Part shown: positions 13,542 to 24,949 of the stretch, piece after piece | Position numbering within the stretch: the first letter of the stretch is position 1 | Layout of the letters: every line of letters starts with the position of its first letter | Source: Vicugna vicugna | Taxonomy: Eukaryota | Assembly (NCBI GenBank): GCA_013265495.1 | Contig: MU058531.1 | Coordinates: 1-64,000 of the forward strand | Direction: 5' to 3' | DNA length: 64,000 bases | Translations under genes and position numbers: made by a program | Notes under the pieces: generated by a model | Told to the model about the DNA's origin: nothing | Seen by the model: only the letters and a program-made list of their open reading frames with translations | The model's database searches: none

Positions 13542-14078
13542 AAAAGATAATGGGGATCAACGGGTCAGAAGTCAGGAAAGGAGGAAAGAGGGAAGTCTGT
13601 ATATGAATGGCTGCTGAGAGGCAGATCAGTTTCTCTGAGATGAGAGGCAGGCAGGGAAGACAGGCGAGGAGGGGAGAGCAGAAGATCCAATGAGTTTGAC
13701 ATTAAAAGAGAGGCCAGGGGAGAGGCCCTCTTGCAGGAGTGCATAGGAGTCTACCCTCTTGTACTTGTAGGGAACGTATGCATACACCTGTGTTTGTGTG
13801 CTTGTGTGTGTGTGAGAGAGAGGGGGAGAGAGAGGGAAAGACCTCAGGTGTTGGGGAGTAAGGACGGAACATGATACCACCCAGACACTCTTCCAGCAAG
13901 ACAGCACATCTTACAGGCCTCCCGACCCTTCACAAAAGGAATGGGAAATTCCAGGGTTTGGGAAATGGGGCCCAAACAGAAGAGCTGGGGTGGGGAGCAG
14001 GGAAGTTGGAATGTACCCCTTCCTCACTGCTCAGGGGTGTAATTTTGAGCTCCTCACACACACGTTCTTCCTCCCCAG

Positions 14079-14150
14079 CCCTAAACTGCGAATGTCCTTC
14101 ATCACCTACTCGCATTATGGCAACGTCCTCATGCGCCTCACCTCAGACAG
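14079..14150 (+). CDS. ANTXRL: ANTXRL-like exon 3 (vWA), 72 nt
   Basis: Acceptor cttcctccccag|C. Translates PKLRMSFITYSHYGNVLMRLTSD(R). Donor AG|gtaagt. Confidence 0.95.
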
Positions 14151-17069
14151 GTAAGTGCTGCTTTGATTCCCCTCAAGGGATCAAAGGGCCTCAGGGAGAA
14201 GCAGGAGCTGAGAGGTTCCTGGGAACCCCACGGGGACTCACTGGGTACGGGCTGCGCTGGGTGGGCTCCCCACAGTGCCCACCTGGACCCCGAGCCCCAG
14301 CTCCCTGGCTCCCACTGACCCGTGGCTGCACTGGCACGGGCAGACCCCTGTGCTGCTAGACCATCTCTGCCCCCTCTAAGCCCTGCCCTCCACCGACCTG
14401 ATGGTGCCCTTCCCTTTCCTCAGCTCAGTCTGGCTGGGGGGATCTGCTTGATCTGGTGGAGCAGAGGTGTGGGTCCTTTATGAACACTGGCCAGCTGCTG
14501 TGTGTGCCACTCCCTGCTCTGTGCAGGGTGAGGAGGAGACAGAGTCAGAACCAGGGAGTGAGGGACGGGTAGTGTTAAAGTGCTGGAGACTTCAGGGGAG
14601 GGGAGCTGGGTCCCTTGGTGGGATTGAGACAGAGGACTTCCTGAGTGTGGTTCCGAACACCAGGCTAGGCTAGGGTGCAGGAGGGAGGCGTGATACACCA
14701 GCAGCAGAGGTGGGCCATAGGCGGGCCCAGCAGTGGGCGCAAAGTCCTTGAGGTGGGACAACATGGAGCTTCTGAGTAGCTGGGAGGTTAAAATTCCCAT
14801 GATGCAAGTGACTGGAACCCCATTCAGTGGGTGAAGCACCAAAGATAGGATGAGGACATTTGGGACTGGATGCATCCAGGAATTGTGGCACAGAGCCACT
14901 CTTCAGGACCTTCGAGAGAAGCCGGGAACAGCAGGTAAGCAGGAACAGCAAGGCTGCAAGGGAGGGAGTGTGAGGGAGCCATGCCTGAGGACAGCACTCC
15001 CCGAGACTGGCTCCCAGGAGAAGGGACTGGGCTTCCCACTCAGTGAGCTAGAGGAAGGCAAAGTTCTGTGCATGTTTGTGGTTCAATTTTAGGAAAGAGA
15101 CTGGAGTGGGTTTGAAGTAAAAGAAAGCAAGTCTATGAGGAGGGACTCTGGCAGGAGGCAGAGAGAGAGGCAGTGGGGACTGGCTGTGGGGTTCTGGTGG
15201 AGGAGCTGCTCATGGGGGAGAGGAAGACCCCTGACTTCTCCAAGGCACGGGCTCAAGGCCGGGACCAAGAGAGCTTTGGTGAAGCTCATGGAAGTCCTCC
15301 CTGTTCTTCTCTGGAGAGAAGGAGGGGAAGTCTTCTATGACACAGGGTTCGGGAGGTGGGGGAGGGCTCGGAAGAGTTGAAAATATGTGAAATCCTGAGG
15401 GTGTAGGGGCGGGGGATCATTCACCTAAGAAGATATCTCAAAATCAACCATGGTCCTAATGCTTCTGCTCAGGAGGAACCCACAGAATCTTACTAGAAGC
15501 TGAGCTTAGCCTGGGATTGGGCATTCCCAAAAGTGTCCCACAGCCCAGGAGTTTAGGAGTGTGTGGCAGAGGGCTATGGTAAGCCCTGGTGTGCAGGGTG
15601 AGTCTAGAAGTGGCCAGTGGAGCCTGGTAAGAGGTGTGGCTGGTGGGTCTGCAAAGAAGGTGGGGCCAGGACTGGGACCAGAGATGATGTTTTCTGAGAC
15701 TTGTCCACTAGGGGGAGCAGGATGAAGATGGCACAGGCCACACGGGGGCTTGCTCTAGGTGCTGGAGAATCCAGACAGCACAGGGACTAGGAAGCCCCAG
15801 GGGTGATGGCTTGGTGAGTGAGAACTGGGAAGAGGTGAAGGAGCTCATAGGAGCTGAGGGGTTATTTGAAGAGCAGAAGGGATTGCTGAGGGTGCCAGGA
15901 GCCTGGGGTCCCACTATGAGCAGAGCTGGGAGTAGCCCTGGAGGGGCAGCACCAGGGAGAGCCCACACAGGCAAGAACTTCACCTGGCAACGTGCGTCCC
16001 AGGCAGGAGGCTGGGGAGGGCTGAGAGTTCCAGCATATCTCGGGGTGTGATCGAGAAAACGGAAATCTTCCCAAAAGTGCCAGGACAGGTGTCTGGCTAG
16101 ACTAGGCAAGTCCTGGTTTGGCCTCCACTGGCCATTGTTGCCCGTCCTCTCCTCCTGGGCTGGGCTGGGAAGGCCTAGGGCTCTCATATCTCACCGCCCA
16201 TCAGAATCTCTTCTGCCCACAGTGAGAAGCCAGGCTTCAGGGTCCACATTCTCCTTGGACTTCACGATCCAGTCACACTGGCTTAGCCTGAGCTAGCCCC
16301 ACCCCTCACGTGTCCCAGCCCACCCCTTGCCGTCTGCTTTAACAGAGGCCGGCAGCCCATCCCGGTGAGCTGGGGTCGCTGCTCTCCTCCTGCATGGGCC
16401 GCCCTCAGGCCTCTTTTCCAGCCTATGGTCTGTTTCTCCAGGGGCACATGAAGTCCAGGAGCCCAGCTCTCTAACGAAGCGGCTCAGCCACTTCCTTTAG
16501 CTAGGATCCCAAGGGGAAGTGGCTTGGAGGGACCAAGTGGACCTCAGGGGTCAGTGGCAGGGGCTGATAGAAAAGGGCAGGGGTGTCAGCAGGATGACCT
16601 TTTCCAAACTCAGCTTTGCCTGTTGGAGGGTGATGCGCCCTCACGGGGGAGCCCTTAGGTGCCAGCAGGCCCGTCAGTCACGTTGTGAGCACTGGATTCC
16701 CAGGTGCACGGCCCTGGGTGACGCCCTCTCACCACGGACAGCCAAGGCAGGGCCCTTGCTGAGTCCCTGAGGGCTGCCTTCCTGGGACAGGGATGAGCAC
16801 ATTGGAAGCCAGACCCTTCCCATGGGACCAGCAAAGCAGCATCCCCCACGCTCACCAAACAGGGGACAGAGGAGTCCTGAGCAAGGCCTGTCATGTCAGA
16901 GACGTGGGCAGGAAGGTCATGATGGGGTGACTTGTGTCCTCTCCTGTCCAGGCAGGTCTGCACGGGGCAGAATGGTGCCAGGACGGGTCTGCTTTGCTTT
17001 TTTTTTTTTTTCTTTCAGTGTGGCAATCACTTTCATTCCTCCTCTACCCTTTTTTCTAATTTGTTTCAG

Positions 17070-17151
17070 AGGAGACATACAAGCTGGCCTTAAAAGACTT
17101 AAGGATGTAATAACTTCAGGACCCAGAAACATGCATGAAGGATTGAAAAAG
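17070..17151 (+). CDS. ANTXRL: ANTXRL-like exon 4 (vWA), 82 nt
   Basis: Acceptor ttgtttcag|A. Translates GDIQAGLKRLKDVITSGPRNMHEGLKK. Donor AAG|gtacag. Confidence 0.95.
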
Positions 17152-17255
17152 GTACAGACCCTACAGCTCTGAGAATTTATTCTGCTTTATCAAGTTCTTA
17201 GATATTACTGGGGCATCTCACTGCCCTCCACCCACATTCCTTCATTTTGTTGCAG

Positions 17256-17289
17256 GCAAATGAGGAGATTGCAAGAGTTTTCTACAGTA
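17256..17289 (+). CDS. ANTXRL: ANTXRL-like exon 5 (vWA), 34 nt
   Basis: Acceptor ttttgttgcag|. Translates ANEEIARVFYS. Donor A|gtaagt, phase 1. Confidence 0.9.
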
Positions 17290-18223
17290 GTAAGTTGCCT
17301 GCGGCCTCCACTGTGCTCGGGTGGGACAGAGCCAGGCCAGGCCGCAGCGAGGGCCGGTGGCCCGCCTTGGCCGGTTCCTCGCGCTGCCTCTCCGAGCGAG
17401 TTCCTTGCCCTCTCTGCGCTGCAGCTTCCTCCTATGCGCAGCGAGGACGAAACCACCCCAGGGTTGTTCCTGAGAACCAGACGGTTCTTATTAGATATGA
17501 GGTGCTTGACCTACAGTCAGGCTGCATGAGGCAGAAGAAGGAAAATACAGGGGCCACAAGCAGACAGGGCTCAGCTGAGGGAACAAAGGCCTTGATGTCC
17601 CTCTGGCTGCCTACACCTATGTCCACCCCAGTTCCGGCTCTGCGCCTTGCCCTTCAGCTTCTGCCCTTGGGTAGACTCTCATCCTGTGACTGAGTCTTTG
17701 ACAGTGGGAAGGGCAGTCCTCGGCCTTGAACCCTCAGCTCCTGGACTGCAGGGTTGTGGCTCTTGTCAGAAGAGATGTGTAGCCTGCAGGGAAAGGTGGG
17801 AAGCTGGGTGGGGGCTGCTGTCCAAGCACCCTGACCTTGAGTCCTGAATGGCAGGACCCACAGAGCCAGCAGGAAAGGCCGCAGGCACTGCCCGGGCCGG
17901 AGTCCAGCTCCTGCCTTTGCTCACCTGAAAGGCTGGTCCTCGTCCAGGGAGGTCGCCGGCGTGGCCTTTCAGGGCCAAGACTGTGCCATCTGGTCGTAGT
18001 GAGGGTTCACCAGGAAGAGCTCTGATGCTCTCAGCCTCCTCATCTGTCAGGTGGGTCCTGGGCCTCGGCCCCTTCTCCCTCCAGGCGCTCTGGATGGCGG
18101 GCGCTCGGGTCGGGCTGGCCTCTCCCCAGGGAGGGACTTGGGGAGCAGCGCTTTGGGCCTGGCAGCCTGAGGCAGGGCCCTCCAGTGCCTTGCTGACCAG
18201 GCCGCTCCCTGCCTCTTCTGCAG

Positions 18224-18303
18224 ACAAGAAGGCTGCCAGCCTGATTTTCACTGTGACCGCTGGGCCACTCCTGCCAACAGCTTTACGGAAATCCAAGAGC
18301 GAA
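18224..18303 (+). CDS. ANTXRL: ANTXRL-like exon 6 (vWA), 80 nt
   Basis: Acceptor ctcttctgcag|AC. Translates (N)KKAASLIFTVTAGPLLPTALRKSKSE. Donor GAA|gtgagt. Confidence 0.92.
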
Positions 18304-18381
18304 GTGAGTCCAATCCATCATTCCCAGCTTTGTGCTCCATGTGCTTGTGTGATTGATACTCAAAGCCTTTCTTTCTCTTAG

Positions 18382-18450
18382 GCTGACAGGGCTCGGAATA
18401 TGAAGGCCAAGGTTTACAGCCTGGGTATAAAAGACTATCAGAGAGACCAG
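18382..18450 (+). CDS. ANTXRL: ANTXRL-like exon 7 (vWA), 69 nt
   Basis: Acceptor tttctcttag|. Translates ADRARNMKAKVYSLGIKDYQRDQ. Donor CAG|gtaatt. Confidence 0.95.
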
Positions 18451-18769
18451 GTAATTCAGAACAGGTAAACCAGTTGGGGAAGGCTTTCAAAGGCAGCTGT
18501 CCCAGGGTCACCCCAAGGATGGCCCTCCACCCACCCCAATGTTCAGACAGCAGACAGCCACTGCAGATGAGCAACGAGTGTTGTGTAGACCTACACACCA
18601 GAGGTGCGGGCACAGAGCTTTCCGGTCCCTAACGATGTGCTGCTGGCAGACGCCAGGCGGTGGCCCTTGGAGTCTAACATGGCAGGAAGCAAGAGCCTGT
18701 CTCCTGGGATGGGACCTGCTAGGTCCTCAATCCCTGACTGTGGGCTAAGTCATCTCCTCTCCCTTGCAG

Positions 18770-18847
18770 TTGATTCAAATTGTTGCAGGAAAGACCCAAA
18801 TGTATGAGATACCCCAAATCCCTGACAACGAAGGCTTTCTTATATCG
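18770..18847 (+). CDS. ANTXRL: ANTXRL-like exon 8 (vWA), 78 nt
   Basis: Acceptor ctcccttgcag|. Translates LIQIVAGKTQMYEIPQIPDNEGFLIS. Donor TCG|gtgagt. Divergent, but phase 0-0 and in the expected position. Confidence 0.88.
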
Positions 18848-18945
18848 GTGAGTGTGGGCTGAATGTGAGAAGGGGGGTGGGGTGGTTTCTCACCATGGCC
18901 ACGCCCATCACTCTCCCTGACCCCGCCACCATCCCTGTGTTCCAG

Positions 18946-19006
18946 CTGGTGGGAAACTCCTGTAAGGAAGTTATGGGTGGAGACACATTCTACGCCTGTG
19001 TGGGAG
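18946..19006 (+). CDS. ANTXRL: ANTXRL-like exon 9 (end of vWA, start of Ig-like domain), 61 nt
   Basis: Acceptor gtgttccag|. Translates LVGNSCKEVMGGDTFYACVG, with two family-conserved Cys. Donor G|gtcagt. Confidence 0.92.
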
Positions 19007-19039
19007 GTCAGTGCTGGGGTCACTGTCGTAGGCAGCACG

Positions 19040-19300
19040 GTGTTCGTGTGTGTGTGGTGTGAATGTGCCTGAGTGTGCCTGCTTGTGTGAGTGTGGTGTG
19101 GGGGGGGTTGGTACTGTGTTGTGAATAAAGCATGTGTGTATATGTGTGTGTGTGCATGAACATGGTGTCTGAGTGTGTGTGTGTGTGCCTGAGGAGACTT
19201 TACAAAAATGTGTCAGGTATGTGATTGAGCCCTGAGTATGAAGTTAAAGATACATTTATGTGAGGTGTACCTGCTGGGGGTTGCGGTGTGAATATGTGTG
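19040..19300. repeat. Degenerate (TG)n low-complexity tract
   Basis: Multiple interrupted gtgtgt runs. Confidence 0.8.
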
Positions 19301-19309
19301 TAATTGCCA

Positions 19310-19820
19310 TTTCTTCCATTTTAATTAAGATATACTTGACATTCAGCTCTGTATAAATTTAAGATAAACCACGCAATGACTTGACATACATTTACTGGGA
19401 AATAATTACCCCTGTAAGTTTAGTTCAATTACTTTTTTAAAACTCAAAGCCAAAATTTTAATTAAGAAATAAGAAAAGATAGTTTTTAAACCCTGAACAT
19501 AACACTAGCAAATGAAACCCACAATATATAAAAAGGACAACACATCAAGACTAATTAGGGCTCACCCTAGAAATGCGAGTCTGATTCAATATTTAAATTA
19601 TCGATATAAATTACCACATCAGCAAAATGGAGACGGGAACATGATTATTTCAATGGATGAAGAAAAAAATTGGACACAGTTCGATTCCAGCATCATACTA
19701 GGAACACAGCCTGACATAAGGCATCACACGAATACTCACAGCCAGCATTACACCCAGTGGTTAGATGGGGAAGGCCTCTCCCTGCAGTCTGCGACTGGAC
19801 AAGATGCCCTCTCTCCCCTG
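19310..19820. mobile_element. L1 fragments (antisense 3' end at about 19310-19430, then a sense ORF2 fragment)
   Basis: ttaagatatacttgacattcag...; then ctagcaaatgaaacccacaatatataaaaagg...atgattatttcaatggatgaagaaaaa. Confidence 0.6.
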
Positions 19821-21728
19821 GGAGGGTCCCCGCATCAGTGTGGTGAGCTCCCTGTGCAGGTCCTTTTCTGATAGGAGCCCTCTCTCGGGAGTGAGCACTG
19901 TGTGTGCCAGCTCATGTGTCCACATCACTGGGGTTTGTGCAGCTGAGGCGGGGGGACGAGCCAGTGCTTCCCCAGGGACCAGTACTCAGCTAGATGCAGC
20001 TGGATGTGGACCCGGGAGCTGGTCCTGGCTCCGTGCTCCGAACTGCAGGGCTGCAGTGCACGAGGCCGGGGGTCAGACGGGGCAGTGTCCGTTCCTGAGC
20101 TCTGCTGCCCACGGGCATGAACCGGGGCAAATTGCTAAATATCTGTGAGCTCCACTTCCGTCCCCTAGAGGTAGAAATAACACCCAACTGTCAGATGTGC
20201 AGTGAGACGTAGTCCAGTGGAGTTCACAGTGACCCGCACAGGATCCAGAATCTGGGGCCCCTCACCACCGGGAGCTGGTGCTCAGATTCCATCACTGACC
20301 ACGGCTCCGCCCCCACCCCCGTGTCCGCCCAGCTTGGGGGCGGGAAGCGGTTTAAGAACATTCAGGGGGAAGGGGCTCCAGCTGAGCCCGCTGTTGCTGG
20401 CAGCTGTCAGACTCCTCCTGTCTTCTGACCCTGGGACCTGCAGGGCAGGGTGTGGATGTGGGCCCGAGACCCCACACATATAGGGTTTTGGTGCCACGTG
20501 CCAGCCGTGCAGCGGCCTGACAGCTGCAGGTCTCTGCTTGTGTCCCTGGGACACATACAGGCCTGTCAAGCCCCAGAGAGGATACCAGTTGTGACCTATG
20601 CCCTGGGGTGGCCCAGCCGAGGTGACAGGTGCCCGCTGCACCCCCTCTGCCTGCGTGGCCCAGCAGTGCTGCTCTGACCATTAAAACTGCTGTCATCTTG
20701 TCGAAAGCTGCCACACGGCATGACAGTCCCTTGGAGGGGAAGCTCAGGGCAGGAACCTGGACCCCAGTAAAGTCGGACCTGTTCATCAGGGTGTGGCTCT
20801 GAATAAGTCAGTGGGCCGGGTGTGAGGAGGCCGGGACGGGGTGAACATGAGGCACTCGGCCTCCTCAGCCTCCTGGGCTCCCTCCTGTGCTGGTCAGAGG
20901 CCTCTGCTGGCCTCCCTGCCTCCAGACCTGTGCTCCAGCCCATCCTGTGCCCAGGGCCCGAGGGGCTGAGAAGGCCACTTGCCTGACCCAGCCTGAACGG
21001 GGAGGCTGAGGCCCCCTACCCGGACAGTGGGGCCCTCCAAGCTCCAGCCTCTGCTCTAAGCCCACCTGCTGCAGAGACGGTGGAGTGTGGGGCATGGGGG
21101 ACGAGGCTTCCTGCAAAACCTTCCTCAGCGTTACAGGCTGCAGCCCACCCAGCCTTTTAGACCTTACCCCCAGGGCACCTTAATCCTGAGGGCTTTCCTG
21201 GTCCGCTAGCCCCTCTGGCTTCCCTCAGCCCTTGATCCTCTCCTGTTATTAGTCATTTGTTGGCCAGTATGTACCGTGATTCCTGTTTCACTGTCTCATG
21301 TTCACTGTTTCATGGCTTTGTTTTTTAATCTTTGTCATTCAGTTCATTGTTTTTTCCCATCATTTTAGTATGAAAAATTTTAATCCTCCAGCGAAGTGTA
21401 AACCATCGTACAATGGACACCCTTATCCCCATTACCTGGTTATGTGATTTCTATCTGACAGCATTCATCGTTTATCACGGGGCTCCCTCACCCCCAAGCC
21501 CTTCTTCTGCATCTCTTTTAACTGAGGAACAATTTTTGTTGAGTTCTCTTTTTGAAATGCAGCAAACGTCAGTGTATCATTTGATTAGTTCTGACACGAC
21601 ACGTGTGTAACCCCAAACCCCATGAAGACTGAAAACACTACAGTTGTCCCCAGAGAGTCCCCTCAGATCCCCTCCCTGGTCGTTCTGACCTCAGCCTCAG
21701 AGGAAGCTAATCTGTGATTGTTTCCTCC

Positions 21729-22204
21729 TGTTGATGAAAATTCAATTAAAAATCAGGTTAGGAAGAAAAATATGAAATTTTATTGGAGCCAAACTGAGGA
21801 TTAATACCCAGTAGACAGCCTCTCAGAAAGCGCAGAGAACTGTTCCACCTCTTAGACGTCACTGTCTTTGCAAGACAAAGAATGGGCCATCAAAATAACA
21901 TACTGGTTTTTCCATAAAATTCACCAAGGATAAATGCACAGTCCAGGTGAACACGTCCAAAGTGAGCAGTAAGTCACTCTGAGCCCCTATCGAGTTGGGA
22001 AAGAACAAAGCGAGAAAAAAATGTATCTTTTATGGTCAAGGGGGCCCTCCCAACTTTGAGCAGCTCTGGTTCACGTGAAATGCAGGCGCTCCCTGCACAG
22101 GAGGAAGGGGAGGCAAGGGAGGAGACCCCACTGGTGAACGCAGGAGACGATTTTACTCTTCAACGTTTTTGTCCTGCCTTAAAATATACATTTTATTGTT
22201 ATCA
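21729..22204 (-). mobile_element. ERV1-type solo LTR, antisense
   Basis: TG...CA termini, flanks ctcc/ctca (4-bp TSD-like), and tttattggagccaaactgaggatt...gacagcctctcagaaagc typical of cetartiodactyl ERV1 LTRs. Confidence 0.6.
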
Positions 22205-24949
22205 CTCAATAGGCTAGTTTGCTGCTTTAGAACATCTCCTTCCCTCCTTCACGTGGGATGAACGCGGAGTCTGGCCTGGGGCACTCGGCTTGGGGGTTCA
22301 TCCCTCCTATGTGTTTGCTGGGTTTGGATTTACTTGGGGCTTTGACCCCAGGAGTAGGCTGGAGGTGGCGACACCTGGTCCCTCTTTTTCCTGTATGTGA
22401 CTGGGCCCAGTGAGTGTCTGCAAGGAAGCCCAGCAGATGGGGCACAGCGGTGGTGGCCATAGTTGGACACAGTGCAGAGCACGGCGTCCCTCTGAGGTCC
22501 GGCTTCCAGGTTTGCATCTTGGCCAGGAGACCCTCTGTGGGGATGGGTGGGGCAGGAGGACTGTGCAGCCAGGGACCCTCCTGCAACCAGCCTGGGTAGC
22601 CACTGTCCCTCCACTGTGAAAAAGTTCGCTCGTGTCCCATCCACTGTCTCCAGAGATAACAACCACAAATAGTTTGTCTTTTACATGTAGATACTTATCT
22701 AAATGTACTTTACAAGGATATTTTTACATAATGGGATCATGCAATAGATAATAATTTCCCAATCTCTGCACAGTGCCCCATTGCATAGATGGGCCAATTG
22801 ACTTCATTAGTCTCCCTTGGTCAATTATTTAGATTGTTCCTAATAAGTCGATACTACAAGTCACATTGTAGGGACCATCCTGTGTCAGGAATTCCCAGGA
22901 ATTAAGACCAAAGTAGAACTGCTGCCTAAAGGTCAGTGTCCAGTTTCTCTGAAAGCACCTGAGCCAAGCGGCGCGTGGTGCTTCCAGACCCGCCCTCCCC
23001 AGAGCAGGTCCCGGCCACCTGTGCGCCCTTGTCAGCCTCCTGCAGTCAGATGCCCTCGCCGTGCTCAGCCCCACCGGCCTTCTCTGGCAGACGCCTGCCT
23101 TCCCAGCTCCTCTCTCTCTCTGAAGCTGCAGGGCCACCTGGCATAAAACTTTTCATCCAGATAGAAAGTTCTGTGTTCCAGAAAGGCTCAGTATCCCACA
23201 GGCTGTTGGACTCCTGCTGGGCAGCAGTGCTATCCATGGGAAATACGGCCCTGGAAGCCAGTTTTAGTCCTTTCTGTAACTTCATTTTCATCCTGTGGTT
23301 GTAACTGTTGGAGGAATCAGATTATTGGGTGTTGGGAAACAGAAAAGGCTGCTACCTGGACAAAGAAAATTCCTTTATTTTGAAGTCTCTTCTGCTCAAA
23401 AATCTGAAACCATCACCCTGCCTTCCCCTCTGGAGACTTGCCAGAGTTCAGAAGCCCCCCCTTTGAGAGGGGCAGTGCCTGGGGCAAAGGTGAAGCGGCC
23501 CCTGACCAGGGCTGAAGGGCAGCGGGACACAGGGAGGAAGGAGGGCATCCGGTGGAAGGGAGCACGCACTGCTCCTGAGGTGCCGGCGCAGGCTGTGCGC
23601 AGGGCTGTCCGAGGGCTCTGTCCCTGGCTGCTGCCCTCCCTCCCATCACATACACGGAGGAGGAGGCTGGGCTCACCCTTCGCCCTGAGGCTGTTACGGC
23701 CGAGTGCCCAACGGAGCTTTTTGGGTCCAGACTCACAGCCCCGTGGGCTGAAGACCACATCTCAGGGTATCAGAGAGGGCTTGTCCCGGGACAGCAGGGT
23801 GATGGATGTTCAAAACTAAGACAAGAGCAGAGGTGGTAAAAGTGCGTGCTGGCTTGGTGTTCGAGATCAGATCCTGGCCCTGTAACAGCCAGGGGCCAGG
23901 GGTTACCTCCTGCCCTATCTTAGCTCCAGTTTCCCTCTCTGTAAACTTGAGTCGTAGGTCATGCCTAGCTTATGGGATTCGGGGAAATTCAGTAGAAAGC
24001 GTAAAGATGGGAGCATAGTAGATGCTCATTAGTAGGCAGTGTCATTTTGAATGAGCATAGGGACTACATGCCTTGGCCTGGCACAGATTTCCCACTTCTG
24101 GTTCCCTATGGCTTTTTGCTTGTGGCAGGAAGGTTATACTGGCTCTTTTTGCCTCATCTAGCACCCAACCTCTCCATATTCAGACAGCTGAGGTTTCCCT
24201 TCTCTGCTTATATCTAATTACTATATGGTTTATTAGTTTAGGGTTCTGGCTTGCAAAGAAGCACTTCTTTGCAATAAATAACCCTAAAATGTAAATTGCA
24301 AACTATCCTCTGGGAGACAGAGGAGCAGACACCCTGCTCAGGTTGGACCATGTTATGCTGGCAAATGTGTGTGTGCAAGACACTGTCCCAACCACTGCTT
24401 CCAGGACAAATACGGATTCCCGTGCCATGGTGTGCAGGACCCTTGTGAAGTGTGAGCAGGGAGGGTGCAGCCTGGCAAAATTGGGGCTGGAAGCAGCATT
24501 GGGCTGTTGGCTACTAGACATGGGTGAGGATGTGCCACCAAAGATGTCCTGATTGGGCCAGGTGCCTGATCTTAGCACAGGGTGAAGATGGCCTTCCCTA
24601 CTCTTTCTCAAAGCCTCAGGGCTCTCCCCACTCTCCCATGTGCTCAGGCTCTTCCAAGGGCAGGGTCACTGCCATCAGGTACCCCTGGAGACCAGGTAAG
24701 TACCATGAATAAGAGGAGTGGGCCTGGCCAAGCCAGGATGATTAGTTGCAGTGTGAGGGGTCCTGGAAGGAAGGCAGTTACTGAGCCATTGTGGAACCTT
24801 CTTAGCTGAGGACAGTGGCCTGTCCTGTCAGTGGTTCATATGCAGAGATGCAAACCCACTGACGCCAGGTTTCCCATTTTCCAAAACAAAGCTAGCAATC
24901 TGGATTCTTAGGGAAAATATACAGACTACTACTTGTTTTGAATGATTTA

